DNA of 53,662 bases from an uncultured Candidatus Saccharibacteria bacterium (GTDB lineage Bacteria > Patescibacteriota > Minisyncoccia > Minisyncoccales > GWA2-38-27): contig CAZBLV010000014.1 of assembly GCA_964493085.1 (NCBI GenBank), forward strand, positions 1 through 53,662, in the 5' to 3' direction. The notes under the pieces were generated by a model that saw only the letters and a program-made list of their open reading frames with translations, had not been told where the DNA came from and did no database searches. Positions 8,171 to 16,441 of this stretch are shown one piece after another. Within the stretch, counting starts at the first letter, position 1. Every line of letters starts with the position of its first letter. The translations under genes and the position numbers were made by a program.

Positions 8171-8208
8171 AGATCTTTTTAAGATAGGGATTTTACATTA
8201 ATGAAAGG

Positions 8209-8237
8209 TTGACAAATTAAGACCATTATGATAAAAT
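8209..8237 (+). promoter_or_regulatory. sigma70 promoter
   Basis: TTGACA-17-TAAAAT with TGn; same -35 and TGATAAAATATA as at 3989. Confidence 0.7.
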
Positions 8238-8289
8238 ATAGGCAGTTTTTTGATAATTTAAGAACTTATAGAACCTGGAAAGGAAAGAA

Positions 8290-9033
8290 ATGGACGATCT
8301 GGCAAGAAAAAAACTGGGAAAGAAGTATGAACTCGTCGGTCTTTTTTCAGAAGACTTGGCCGCGGTCAAAAAGAACGATCTGTGGTTCCATGCCCGTCCC
8401 GACGGCAAGCCTGCCTATCGGGAGAGGTACGACTTTGCCGGCCCCTTCTCCGAGGGGATGGCTGTAGCCCGAAAGAATGATCGATGGTTCCACATCCGTC
8501 CCGACGGCAAGCCAGCCTATGAGGAGAGATACGACTTTGCCGATATCTTCTCCGAGGGCTTGGCTGCGGTCCAGCGGGGCAAAAAGTGGTTCCACATCCG
8601 CCCCGACGGCGCTCCTGCTTATCAGGAAAGATACGACTTTGTCGGTCCTTTCTCCGGAGGCCTGGCTCAAGCTCGGGAGGGTATCTGGTGGTTCCACATC
8701 CGCCCCGACGGCAAGCCAGCCTATGAGGAGAGGTACGACTTTGTTAATCTCTTCTTCGAAGGTCTGGCTCCGGCCGAAAAGGGGGGCGGAAGGTTCCACA
8801 TCCGTCCCGACGGCGCCCCTGTTTATCAGGAGAGATACGACTTTGTCGATTCTTTCTCCGGAGGCCTGGCTGTAGCCCGGAAGAATGATCGATGGTTCCA
8901 CATCCGTCCCGACGGCAAGCCAGCCTATGAGGAGAGATACGACCTTGTCAGCTCTTTCTCGAGAGGCCTGGCTCCGGCCCGAAGAGACGGCCGATGGTTC
9001 TACATCCGCCCCGACGGCGTTTGGGCAGGGTGA
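8290..9033 (+). CDS. WG-repeat-like protein, ~7 tandem 34-aa (102-bp) repeats
   Basis: Unit FSEGLAxxxxxxxWFHIRPDGxPAYxERYD; TGGTTC at 8383 and 8485; GC-rich. Confidence 0.85.
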   Translation: MDDLARKKLGKKYELVGLFSEDLAAVKKNDLWFHARPDGKPAYRERYDFAGPFSEGMAVARKNDRWFHIRPDGKPAYEERYDFADIFSEGLAAVQRGKKWFHIRPDGAPAYQERYDFVGPFSGGLAQAREGIWWFHIRPDGKPAYEERYDFVNLFFEGLAPAEKGGGRFHIRPDGAPVYQERYDFVDSFSGGLAVARKNDRWFHIRPDGKPAYEERYDLVSSFSRGLAPARRDGRWFYIRPDGVWAG

Positions 9034-9039
9034 TATCAA

Positions 9040-9076
9040 AGCCCTCTTAATCTGAAAGATTAGGAGGGCTCTTTTT
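9040..9076 (+). terminator. Rho-independent terminator (near-duplicate of 4349)
   Basis: AGCCCTCTTAATC-TGAAA-GATTAGGAGGGCT then CTTTTT. Confidence 0.85.
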
Positions 9077-9087
9077 ATGCCAAGCAG

Positions 9088-9105
9088 GTTCTAATATCGT
9101 CCAGT
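9088..9105 (+). repeat. Putative recombination site copy 8 (left half only)
   Basis: GTTCTAATATCGTCCAGT, GGAGC half missing; followed by a start-less gene fragment. Confidence 0.65.
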
Positions 9106-9131
9106 AAAAAACTGAGAATTTATGTAACTAG

Positions 9132-9284
9132 GAAACGATAAAGGATGCAAGGTTTGAAGGAGTAGAATTCTATGGAAGTATCAGAGAGTTAAATGATGAA
9201 TGGTTTATTAATATTACGGTTGTCGAATCCATATGCGGAGCGCTGGTTGACAAGGAAACTGGAAAAACAACGCATTCCTTCTAG
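9132..9284 (+). pseudogene. Start-less C-terminal gene fragment
   Basis: ..ELNDEWFINITVVESICGALVDKETGK..*; TAG at 9129 upstream. Confidence 0.35.
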
Positions 9285-9439
9285 AAAGTTGAACCAGATA
9301 AAATATTAACTCGTGTTTAGATAAACTTCGAGCCTCTTTTCTTAAAAAGCTTGATTTTTTATTTATCTGTTGTATTCTAATTTTAGATGGCTAAACATGT
9401 ATTTAGCTGTGGAACTTTAAAAAACAGAAAGGGAAAGAA

Positions 9440-9895
9440 ATGGAAAAGCTAGAGCTTGCTAAAGAAGAGCTTAATGCTTTAACTAGAATGATAGAAGAGC
9501 TTTTAGGAAGCAATAGAAGTCTTGCGTTGGTGTCTGGCCATAGTATCGGCACTTTTATTCGAATTTATGAGTTTTTAGAGCGCTGGGAAAAACTGGGGGA
9601 AATATGGGAAAGTTTGGGCCTTTTGAAATTTTACGCTCCAGAATTAGTTCGAGCCGCTGAATTTTATGAAAAAGCGGGGATGTTAGAGAAGGCTCTGGAG
9701 CTTTACAAAAAAGGGGCGGAAAAGTGTATGCCGGACAGAGTTATGGTTTATGACGAAAATACTGGTGGTGGAGTGTCTGCGATGTCTTATCTCGGAAATG
9801 AAAACCTGCTGGAAGAGGCAGAAAAATTGGTTGGTAAGTGCGAAAGAAAGATAAAAGAGCTTAATTCCCGTCTAGAAAAGGAGGTGAGACCATGA
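9440..9895 (+). CDS. Hypothetical helical (TPR/SNAP-like) protein
   Basis: RAAEFYEKAGMLEKALELYKK; ATGA overlap with next gene. Confidence 0.6.
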   Translation: MEKLELAKEELNALTRMIEELLGSNRSLALVSGHSIGTFIRIYEFLERWEKLGEIWESLGLLKFYAPELVRAAEFYEKAGMLEKALELYKKGAEKCMPDRVMVYDENTGGGVSAMSYLGNENLLEEAEKLVGKCERKIKELNSRLEKEVRP

Positions 9896-10845
9896 ACGAT
9901 ATTGATTTTGATCAAAAAAGAGACCTATTGTTCGCCCTAGAGAAAGTAGTGAGAGAAACAGGAGAAGAATTGCTGACCCGGCGGGGTACTGAAATTTTCG
10001 ATACCACCGACTACAAAGGTCACGAATCTTCAATTATTGACACTTTCGCTCGCGAAAGAATGCAAGCAGCTCTTGATCGCCATTTACCCGAGCTAGAAGG
10101 AATAGTGCGGTTTGAGCTAAGGCCTTTTAGCAAGACCCTTATTGAAGCAAAAGAACACCAGAATTTTGTTTTAATTATCGACGAAATTGAAGGAACGACT
10201 AACACAAAACGCTGCTTGTCTTCAGACTTAAAGTACAGACCTCCATCTCTTGTTTCTTTGGCGCTTAGCACTAGCGAGAGCTTGAGAGATCTTGTTTTAG
10301 GGGTGGTTTTTACCCTTGATCAAAGCGAAATCTTTTCAGCGCTTTGCGTTAGCGATGGCAATTTCCTGACTTTTCATGAAGGGCAGTTAATCCAGCCCTC
10401 TTCTGTAGCGAACACAAGAGGCGATAGCCGCAAAAGAATTTTAGTAGTAGGATATTCTAACAGCCATCGTATTCTGAAAGGAGAGGTTGAACAGGCACTT
10501 TACGATAAGAGACTAAAGGTCTATGATGGTTGCCGTGCTTCCGGTATGGATATTATTAATCTGTTGCGCAACGCCACAGATGCTTACGTCGATTTAAGGC
10601 ATTATTGGTCGACCAAAGACGAAGAGGGTGAAGAAAAAGAGGCAATGCTTCAAGTTTATGATATCGCCGGGGTTATCCCCATCGCCGAAGGCTGCGGGAT
10701 GGAAGTAACTGACGCTGAAGGAAGATCTTGGCGAGAGTATAGCCTGGAAGATACCGTCCCGCTGGTTGTCTCTAGGCCCGACATACACAAGCTGATTCTA
10801 GATACCATTAAGCCGTTTGTGGAGAAATGGAAAAAATCGGGATAA
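9892..10845 (+). CDS. Divergent inositol monophosphatase/FIG-superfamily phosphatase
   Basis: IIDEIEGTTN (cf. DPIDGT), YDIAG, GMEVTDAEG. Confidence 0.75.
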   Translation: MNDIDFDQKRDLLFALEKVVRETGEELLTRRGTEIFDTTDYKGHESSIIDTFARERMQAALDRHLPELEGIVRFELRPFSKTLIEAKEHQNFVLIIDEIEGTTNTKRCLSSDLKYRPPSLVSLALSTSESLRDLVLGVVFTLDQSEIFSALCVSDGNFLTFHEGQLIQPSSVANTRGDSRKRILVVGYSNSHRILKGEVEQALYDKRLKVYDGCRASGMDIINLLRNATDAYVDLRHYWSTKDEEGEEKEAMLQVYDIAGVIPIAEGCGMEVTDAEGRSWREYSLEDTVPLVVSRPDIHKLILDTIKPFVEKWKKSG

Positions 10846-10918
10846 AGAGATTCTAGCAATTAGGAGAACCTGAAAAGAATTATTTACGTTGACGCAACCA
10901 GTTTCTATATTTTTACTA

Positions 10919-10949
10919 AATCCTTCGATGTTTATCGAGGGATTTTTTT
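10919..10949 (+). terminator. Rho-independent terminator
   Basis: AATCCTTCGAT-GTTT-ATCGAGGGATT then T run. Confidence 0.75.
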
Positions 10950-11043
10950 CTGAAAACCTAATTTGACATGGCTTTCAGCTCTTTGTTAAAGTAAAAGAGT
11001 GTCGCGTATAGAATTATAAGTAAAAATTAATAAAAGAGATACC

Positions 11044-11724
11044 ATGAATATACAAAAAATAGCATTAGCAGTTCTTGTAGCCGGATTAGTCGGAGCCGGA
11101 GCCTGGTATTTTATCTCTTCTGACAAATCTCCCGACACAGAATCTGTTGACAGAGAAAATGTTATCGCGGTTGTAAACGGAGAAGAAATATCTCGCGAGG
11201 ATTTCGAGAACCTTAGATCTCAAATGGCTGCCTTTCAGGGCTTTGATATCTCGTCTCTCGATGAGGAAACCAAGAACCAGCTTAAGGCCCAAGTTGTCAA
11301 TGAGCTTATCGCCCAAAAACTTATCAAGCAAAAGGCAGGGGAATTAGGAATAACCGCTTCCCAAGAGGAGGTTTCCGAACAAGTAGAAAACACCATAGCC
11401 CAGCTTGGAGGCGAGGAGGCGTACCGGGAATCCCTTGCCGAAGAAGGATTTTCAGAAGGAGACTTGCGAGAGCTGATAAGCATAAATCTTACGATTCAAA
11501 ACTATTTCAAGGAAAAACTGGATTTGTCTTCAATAACCGCAACAGAGGAAGAGATAGAGGCGTTTTATGAAGAAGAAGCAGCTAGAAATGAAAATCTTCC
11601 TGCCCTTGAAGAAGTGAGAAGCCAGATTGAAGGGATGATCATCCAGCAGAAACAGCAGGAGCTGAAATCCAAGCTTGTCCAGGAATTGCGGGAAGAGGCC
11701 GATGTTGAGCTTTTGATAGAATAA
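11044..11724 (+). CDS. SurA N-terminal domain chaperone-like protein
   Basis: N-terminal TM, AVVNGEEI, LREEADVE C-terminus. Confidence 0.85.
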   Translation: MNIQKIALAVLVAGLVGAGAWYFISSDKSPDTESVDRENVIAVVNGEEISREDFENLRSQMAAFQGFDISSLDEETKNQLKAQVVNELIAQKLIKQKAGELGITASQEEVSEQVENTIAQLGGEEAYRESLAEEGFSEGDLRELISINLTIQNYFKEKLDLSSITATEEEIEAFYEEEAARNENLPALEEVRSQIEGMIIQQKQQELKSKLVQELREEADVELLIE

Positions 11725-11741
11725 ATTAAAATAATAAAAAT

Positions 11742-12536
11742 ATGAACAAAAAAGCAATTATCGCAATTATTATCATTATTGCTGTCGCTCTTGCGGGAAT
11801 TGTTTTAATCAGAATGGCCAGCAGATTTACAGAAGATTCTGCGACAGAACAGGTTCCAGAAACCCCAAAAGAAATTGCTGAAAGCTGGATTATTGATAAC
11901 TCTTCCACTTATGGCTTTGACGGGTTTGATCTGGAATTGATATCCGAAAAAAAGGTGGTGGGAGAAGAGGCCTATTCGGTCACTTTCTTTTTTAACTCTA
12001 ATGCTGCCGGCTACGGAGACAGAGCTGATGAAATGGCAGCCCAAGTAATCACTCCTCATTTAATAGAAGTTGTTGTTAAGAACGGAGAGGTTGTAAGCGC
12101 TGTCACAGACGGCGTTTACGATGAGATGAAAGGAGAGATGATAGAAGGGACCAACCCTGAAACAACCGAGATAAAGCTTTATTTCGTTAAAGTGACAGAA
12201 GGACAAGAAGAGATTGTGGAGACCGAGAGGTCAATCCCCTATACAGCGGCTACGGCAAGGGCGGCAATTACAGAACTTCTTAAGGGCCCCCTTGCCGAAG
12301 AAGAAGCAGAGGGATTATCAACTGCCATAAACGAAGGGGTTGAGCTTCAGAATATCAGTATAGAAGACGGTACAGCTTTTGTTGATTTCAGCGAAGAGCT
12401 GGAAGAAAATGTTGCCGGCTCTGCCTGGGTTACGGCAATCAGAGAGCAGATTGAAAAAACATTGATGCAATTCGATACAGTGAATCAAGTGGTTATTTCT
12501 GTTAACGGGAGAACAGAAGATATTTTGCAGCCCTGA
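11742..12536 (+). CDS. GerMN domain membrane-anchored protein
   Basis: AITELLKGP, TAFVDFS, QIEKTLMQF, ILQP. Confidence 0.85.
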   Translation: MNKKAIIAIIIIIAVALAGIVLIRMASRFTEDSATEQVPETPKEIAESWIIDNSSTYGFDGFDLELISEKKVVGEEAYSVTFFFNSNAAGYGDRADEMAAQVITPHLIEVVVKNGEVVSAVTDGVYDEMKGEMIEGTNPETTEIKLYFVKVTEGQEEIVETERSIPYTAATARAAITELLKGPLAEEEAEGLSTAINEGVELQNISIEDGTAFVDFSEELEENVAGSAWVTAIREQIEKTLMQFDTVNQVVISVNGRTEDILQP

Positions 12537-12574
12537 ATATTTGACACAATTTTCTTTTAGACGATAATTAAAGA

Positions 12575-12722
12575 AGAGATCTCTAATAGAGAGGAGTGTC
12601 GAACCTCGTTCGAGGTTCTCTGCGGCGGACAGCCCCAGGGCTGAAAGCCAGAGTTAAATGGCAAAGAAAAAAACTAAGAAGAAATAGTCTTCTGATGAGC
12701 GCCTTTTCAGGCGCTCATTTTA
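12575..12722 (+). ncRNA. Candidate small RNA/leader with 9-aa ORF MAKKKTKKK (12658-12687)
   Basis: TTGACA(12541)-16-GATAAT; hairpins at 12601-12618 and ~12618-12653; terminator ATGAGCGCCT/AGGCGCTCAT 12695-12718. Confidence 0.5.
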
Positions 12723-12754
12723 TTTGATCTTTTTTTGTGGTAAAATATATTAAT

Positions 12755-13051
12755 ATGAACAATCTGCCTTCTGACAATCAAAAAGAAGTGCCTGAAAGCA
12801 ACAAAGAAATAATGTGGTCTATAAGAATTTTTGCTTTGATTATTATCGCCGTAGTCATTGTTTCCGGACTGGCTGAAGCTTGGTCTTCTAAAACGGCCCA
12901 GGTTGTAGTAATGACTATGTCTTTCCTTATCCTTGCTTGGAGCTTTCGGCCCTTGTTGGGGAAAAACGAGAAACTGAGGAAGTGGTCTCTCGCTGGACTG
13001 GCTTTTTTAGTCCTGCTGGGGATTGTATTGTTTTTTCTCTTCATGAAATAA
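12755..13051 (+). CDS. Hypothetical 3-TM membrane protein
   Basis: Three hydrophobic segments. Confidence 0.65.
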   Translation: MNNLPSDNQKEVPESNKEIMWSIRIFALIIIAVVIVSGLAEAWSSKTAQVVVMTMSFLILAWSFRPLLGKNEKLRKWSLAGLAFLVLLGIVLFFLFMK

Positions 13052-13055
13052 GGTT

Positions 13056-13148
13056 ATGGAAAACAAAAAACCCGGCTTAGGAGCGGGAATAATGGTTGTA
13101 AAGGGAACCAAGATTCTTCTGGGCAAAAGAGCCCGACGAAATTGTTGA
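13056..13148 (+). pseudogene. NUDIX hydrolase remnant (internal deletion)
   Basis: MENKKPGLGAGIMVVKGTKILLGKR abuts out-of-frame EPDEIV; Nudix box missing. Confidence 0.55.
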
Positions 13149-13246
13149 TAATCCGGACAAACCGCCGGAACCAGTATTTCCTTCGAGCAAGAGAATGATT
13201 GATAATTTTTCAGAAAGGTCGGCTTATAATTCAAGAAAATAAAAAC

Positions 13247-13450
13247 ATGAAATTATGAAAAGCTATTTCTTTAATCCTTGTTATTGTCGGAGGGCTAAAT
13301 TGGGGGATTGTCGGATTGCTTGAATTTGATCTGGTTGCCACTGTCTTCGGATCCATGACAATTGTTTCCAGGATAGTTTATGTTCTTGTGGGGTTATCTG
13401 CAATCGTTCTGGCGTTGACTTCTTACGGCAGTAAATCAAAGCAATCTTAG
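13247..13450 (+). pseudogene. DUF378 membrane protein with in-frame TGA at codon 4
   Basis: MKL*KAISLILVIVGGLNWGIVG..FDLVA..VYVLVGLSA. Confidence 0.75.
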
Positions 13451-13492
13451 CCGTTTTTAGCGCTGGCTTTTTTTAAAAATAAACAAAGGACT

Positions 13493-13537
13493 TTAAGGCA
13501 AAAAAAGCTGTTTCTAAACAGCTTTTTTTTGCCTTAA
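13493..13537. terminator. Long inverted repeat / bidirectional terminator
   Basis: TTAAGGC-A7-GCTGTTT CT AAACAGC-T8-GCCTTAA. Confidence 0.75.
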
Positions 13538-13656
13538 TAGTGCGTCTTTTGTTCTCGCCTTTCTGTTCGGATTTATTCTGTCAGTCTTGACTTTCCTTGT
13601 TTGTTATGATAAGCTTTCCTTTTGAAGATGTTCTTTGAAAACTAAGAAAGGAAAAG

Positions 13657-13842
13657 ATGCGCAGAAGAATGATCGAGATGTTTGAGATGTTTGAGGCAGG
13701 ATTTACTTCTCTTGAAATTTTGGTGCTATGGTCAAGCCAAGGGGCAGACCTTACAGAAGAAGACCGGCTTCTTTTGCAGCAATTGCCTCATGGCGCAAAA
13801 GAATCCTTTTTGCACGCAGCGCACAGGAAGAGAGATAAGTAA
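13657..13842 (+). CDS. Small hypothetical protein
   Basis: Own promoter, boxA-like TGTTCTTTGAAAACT (13629), SD AAAGGA, downstream hairpin. Confidence 0.55.
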   Translation: MRRRMIEMFEMFEAGFTSLEILVLWSSQGADLTEEDRLLLQQLPHGAKESFLHAAHRKRDK

Positions 13843-13971
13843 GTTTTTTTCAAGAAAAAGCCCTATTTACGGGCTTTTATTTTTGGAGCAATTTTTGACT
13901 TTGATCAAGCTTGAAAAATATCGGGTTTTTCTTTCAAGCGCTGTTTTGGTATAATAAAAAAGGCAATTATT

Positions 13972-14286
13972 ATGGAAAAAAACATTAAAATTTTAAGCAT
14001 AGAGGAGATTCAAGAGAAGTTAAAAGAAGTGCCAGGATGGGATTACGAGGATAACAAAATATCCAAAGAATTTGCTTTTGAAAGTTTTTTGGGAGCGTTG
14101 GGCTTTATCAACAAAATAGCTCCCTTTTTTGAAGCAAAAGACCACCATCCGGATATTCACATCTTTTACGAAAAGGTGCTTTTTGAGCTTACCCGCCACA
14201 GCGTAGGAGGAAAGGTGACAGAGCGAGATTTTTTGGTGGCCCAAGAAATAGAAAAAGCTTACAAAAAGGGGTTTAAAACAGTATGA
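13972..14286 (+). CDS. Pterin-4-alpha-carbinolamine dehydratase family
   Basis: DHHPDI, LTRHSVGG, TERDF. Confidence 0.88.
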   Translation: MEKNIKILSIEEIQEKLKEVPGWDYEDNKISKEFAFESFLGALGFINKIAPFFEAKDHHPDIHIFYEKVLFELTRHSVGGKVTERDFLVAQEIEKAYKKGFKTV

Positions 14287-14645
14287 AAAAACAGACAAAG
14301 ACAATCTATTCTGTATTTTTCGCTTTTTTAATATTTGTAATGATTCACAATTTCCTCTCTTTTTTCTGGAAAGTGGAAGAAGCGATATTTTTCTTGCTAA
14401 GCCTGGCAGCCCTCGTCCTCTTTTTAATTTTAGTTATTGTTAATTTAATAAGGTTTTTTTCTTCAAAAATGCCGGAGGATATTTGGAAATTAGGTTTTTT
14501 GGGAATTACGGGCTTTCTGGCTTTTATTTTCTGGCCCCCTAAAGCTGCTTTTCTTTTCTTCTTTCTTTTCTTCTTTTTTTTCTTGGCGAAAATAAAAAAA
14601 CAGTCTCTGGAAAAAGAAGATTATTCCAGCGGATCATTAAACTAA
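14283..14645 (+). CDS. Hypothetical membrane protein
   Basis: Multiple TM; WKLGFLG; ATGA overlap. Confidence 0.7.
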   Translation: MKKQTKTIYSVFFAFLIFVMIHNFLSFFWKVEEAIFFLLSLAALVLFLILVIVNLIRFFSSKMPEDIWKLGFLGITGFLAFIFWPPKAAFLFFFLFFFFFLAKIKKQSLEKEDYSSGSLN

Positions 14646-14655
14646 TTATTTAATT

Positions 14656-15723
14656 ATGGATTTTATCTCTATTCTATCTTATGAATTTTTTGGAAACACC
14701 ATTCAGGAGTATCTTATATCCTTGGGGGTGTTTGTTTTTTCCCTTATCGGCCTGAAAATATTTAAGGCGATTATCTTAAAAAAACTGAAAGACCTGACCA
14801 ACCAGACAAAGACAGACATAGACAATCTTCTCTTCCGCGCCATTGATTGCGTGGGATGGATGTTCTATGTTGTTTTCTCTTTGTTTTTGGCTGTGAGGTT
14901 TGTTGTTCTCCCGCCTTGGCTGGAAAGGGCAATTGACTACGCCCTTATTATTGTCGCCGTTTATTATATTGTAAAAAGCTTGCAGGTTTTCATTGATTTT
15001 GGCGTTCAGAGGACAGCGGAAAAAATGCAGGACAAGGAAGAGTCTGCCTCTTTCGACCCCTCGGTCATTAAGCTGTTAAGCAAGATAGCTAAAATAGTTT
15101 TATGGATTGTGGCTTTAGCTGTTGTTTTGCAGAACCTCGGATTTAATGTTTCCACTTTGGTTGCGGGAATGGGCCTTGGAGGATTGGCAGTGGCTTTTGC
15201 CATCCAAAATATTTTAGGGGATATATTTGCCTCTTTTTCCATTTATTTTGACAAGCCGTTTCAAATAGGCGACTTTATTATAGTAGGAGACGACATGGGC
15301 ACAGTTGTTAAGATAGGAATAAAGTCTACCAGAATGACTAGCTTGACAGGAGAAGAGCTGGTCATCTCTAACAAAGAGCTGACAGAAAGCAGAATCCATA
15401 ACTACAAAAAAATGAAAGAAAGAAGGATTGTTTTCGGCTTCGGAGTTCTTTACGAAACCCCGAATGAGAAATTGAGGAAAATTCCAGAAATTGTTGGAAA
15501 TATAATGTCGAAAATGGACTTGGCCCGGCTAGACAGGGTTAATTTTAAGGATTTCGGCGATTCAAGCCTTAACTATGAAGTGGTGTACTATCTAAACAGC
15601 GCCGACTACAATGACTATATGAACATCCAAGAAGAGATGAATCTTAAAATTAAAGAAGCCTTTGAAAAAGAAGGCATAGGAATGGCTTATCCTACTCAGA
15701 CAGTTTATCTTAAGAAAGAATGA
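14656..15723 (+). CDS. mscS: Small-conductance mechanosensitive channel
   Basis: AGMGLGGLAVAFAIQ, DKPFQIGDFI, AYPTQTV. Confidence 0.92.
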   Translation: MDFISILSYEFFGNTIQEYLISLGVFVFSLIGLKIFKAIILKKLKDLTNQTKTDIDNLLFRAIDCVGWMFYVVFSLFLAVRFVVLPPWLERAIDYALIIVAVYYIVKSLQVFIDFGVQRTAEKMQDKEESASFDPSVIKLLSKIAKIVLWIVALAVVLQNLGFNVSTLVAGMGLGGLAVAFAIQNILGDIFASFSIYFDKPFQIGDFIIVGDDMGTVVKIGIKSTRMTSLTGEELVISNKELTESRIHNYKKMKERRIVFGFGVLYETPNEKLRKIPEIVGNIMSKMDLARLDRVNFKDFGDSSLNYEVVYYLNSADYNDYMNIQEEMNLKIKEAFEKEGIGMAYPTQTVYLKKE

Positions 15724-16418
15724 CGCTTGATGATTTTCCGGAAGTGAGAATTGCTCTTTCAGAAAAGAAAGACGGGTCAATGAGACTTTCAGGCTCCAAA
15801 ACTACTGAAGAAAACCGACGAAGATTCCTCAAGAAAAAAGGGATAAATCCGGATCAAACGGTTTTTGCGGAATTAGTCCACGGCAACAGGATTGTTTGGA
15901 CAGACAGCAGCTTTAAAGGCAAAGCAATACCAAGAGCAGACGGATTAATAACTAAAGACAGCAATTTATTTCTTTGCTTGACAATAGCTGACTGTCTTCC
16001 CGTTTTCCTTTTTGACAAACAGAAAAAAGCCGTAGGCATTGTCCATGCCGGCTGGCGGGGATTGGTTGGAGGCGTTATAAGGGAGGCGGTGGAAAAGATG
16101 GACAGCTCCTCTAAAGATAATGTCTTAGCCAAGATAGGGCCCGGTATTTGCCCTGAACACTTTGAAATAAAAGAAGATGTTCTGAAAAAACTTAAAAAAT
16201 ATCCGGAGTCTGTCGTCAGAAAGAGCGATAAAATATTTTTTGACCTGAAAAAAGCAGCAAAAAACATCCTTCAAGAGGCAGGGGTTGCTGAATCAAACAT
16301 CGAAGCAGACAAAGATTGCACCTTTTGCCTTAAGCATAAATACTTTTCTTACAGAAGAGATGGAAAGAAAACAAAAACAATGATGGCTGCAATAGGCCTG
16401 ACGCAAAGGTCGGGATAA
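15720..16418 (+). CDS. pgeF: PgeF/YfiH family (laccase-domain) protein
   Basis: VHG, ADGLIT, ADCLP, HAGWRG, FSYRR. Confidence 0.9.
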   Translation: MTLDDFPEVRIALSEKKDGSMRLSGSKTTEENRRRFLKKKGINPDQTVFAELVHGNRIVWTDSSFKGKAIPRADGLITKDSNLFLCLTIADCLPVFLFDKQKKAVGIVHAGWRGLVGGVIREAVEKMDSSSKDNVLAKIGPGICPEHFEIKEDVLKKLKKYPESVVRKSDKIFFDLKKAAKNILQEAGVAESNIEADKDCTFCLKHKYFSYRRDGKKTKTMMAAIGLTQRSG

Positions 16419-16441
16419 CTAAAATATATACAATAAAAAAT

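Noticed and set aside
8290-9033. Diversity-generating retroelement TR/VR
   Set aside because: Repeats are tandem and in-frame, differences are not adenine-restricted, and no reverse transcriptase is in the window.
8347-9039. 230-aa minus-strand ORF and other long antisense ORFs (e.g. 23327-23890, 37574-38170)
   Set aside because: Shadows of well-supported + strand genes with no recognisable motifs.
818-9105. Sites as classical integron attC
   Set aside because: TTCTAAC resembles the inverse core, but I found no complementary GTTRRRY with paired L boxes forming a hairpin, and no intI is present.
818-9105. Sites as Xer dif/pdif or CRISPR repeats
   Set aside because: No XerD-arm TTATGTTAAAT-like half site; spacers are gene-sized and variable, repeats degenerate, no cas genes.
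9307-9334. Further site copy (ACTTCGAGC shared with copy 2549); also weak candidates near 4730-4753 and 5090-5113
   Set aside because: Left half does not fit the consensus spacing; too weak to call without a PWM.
12692-12720. Hammerhead ribozyme (CTGATGAG)
   Set aside because: No GAAA after stem II; the sequence is explained by the terminator hairpin.
13256-13258. Stop-codon reassignment (code 25) or selenocysteine
   Set aside because: TGA terminates many intact genes here, and the three internal stops are three different codons.
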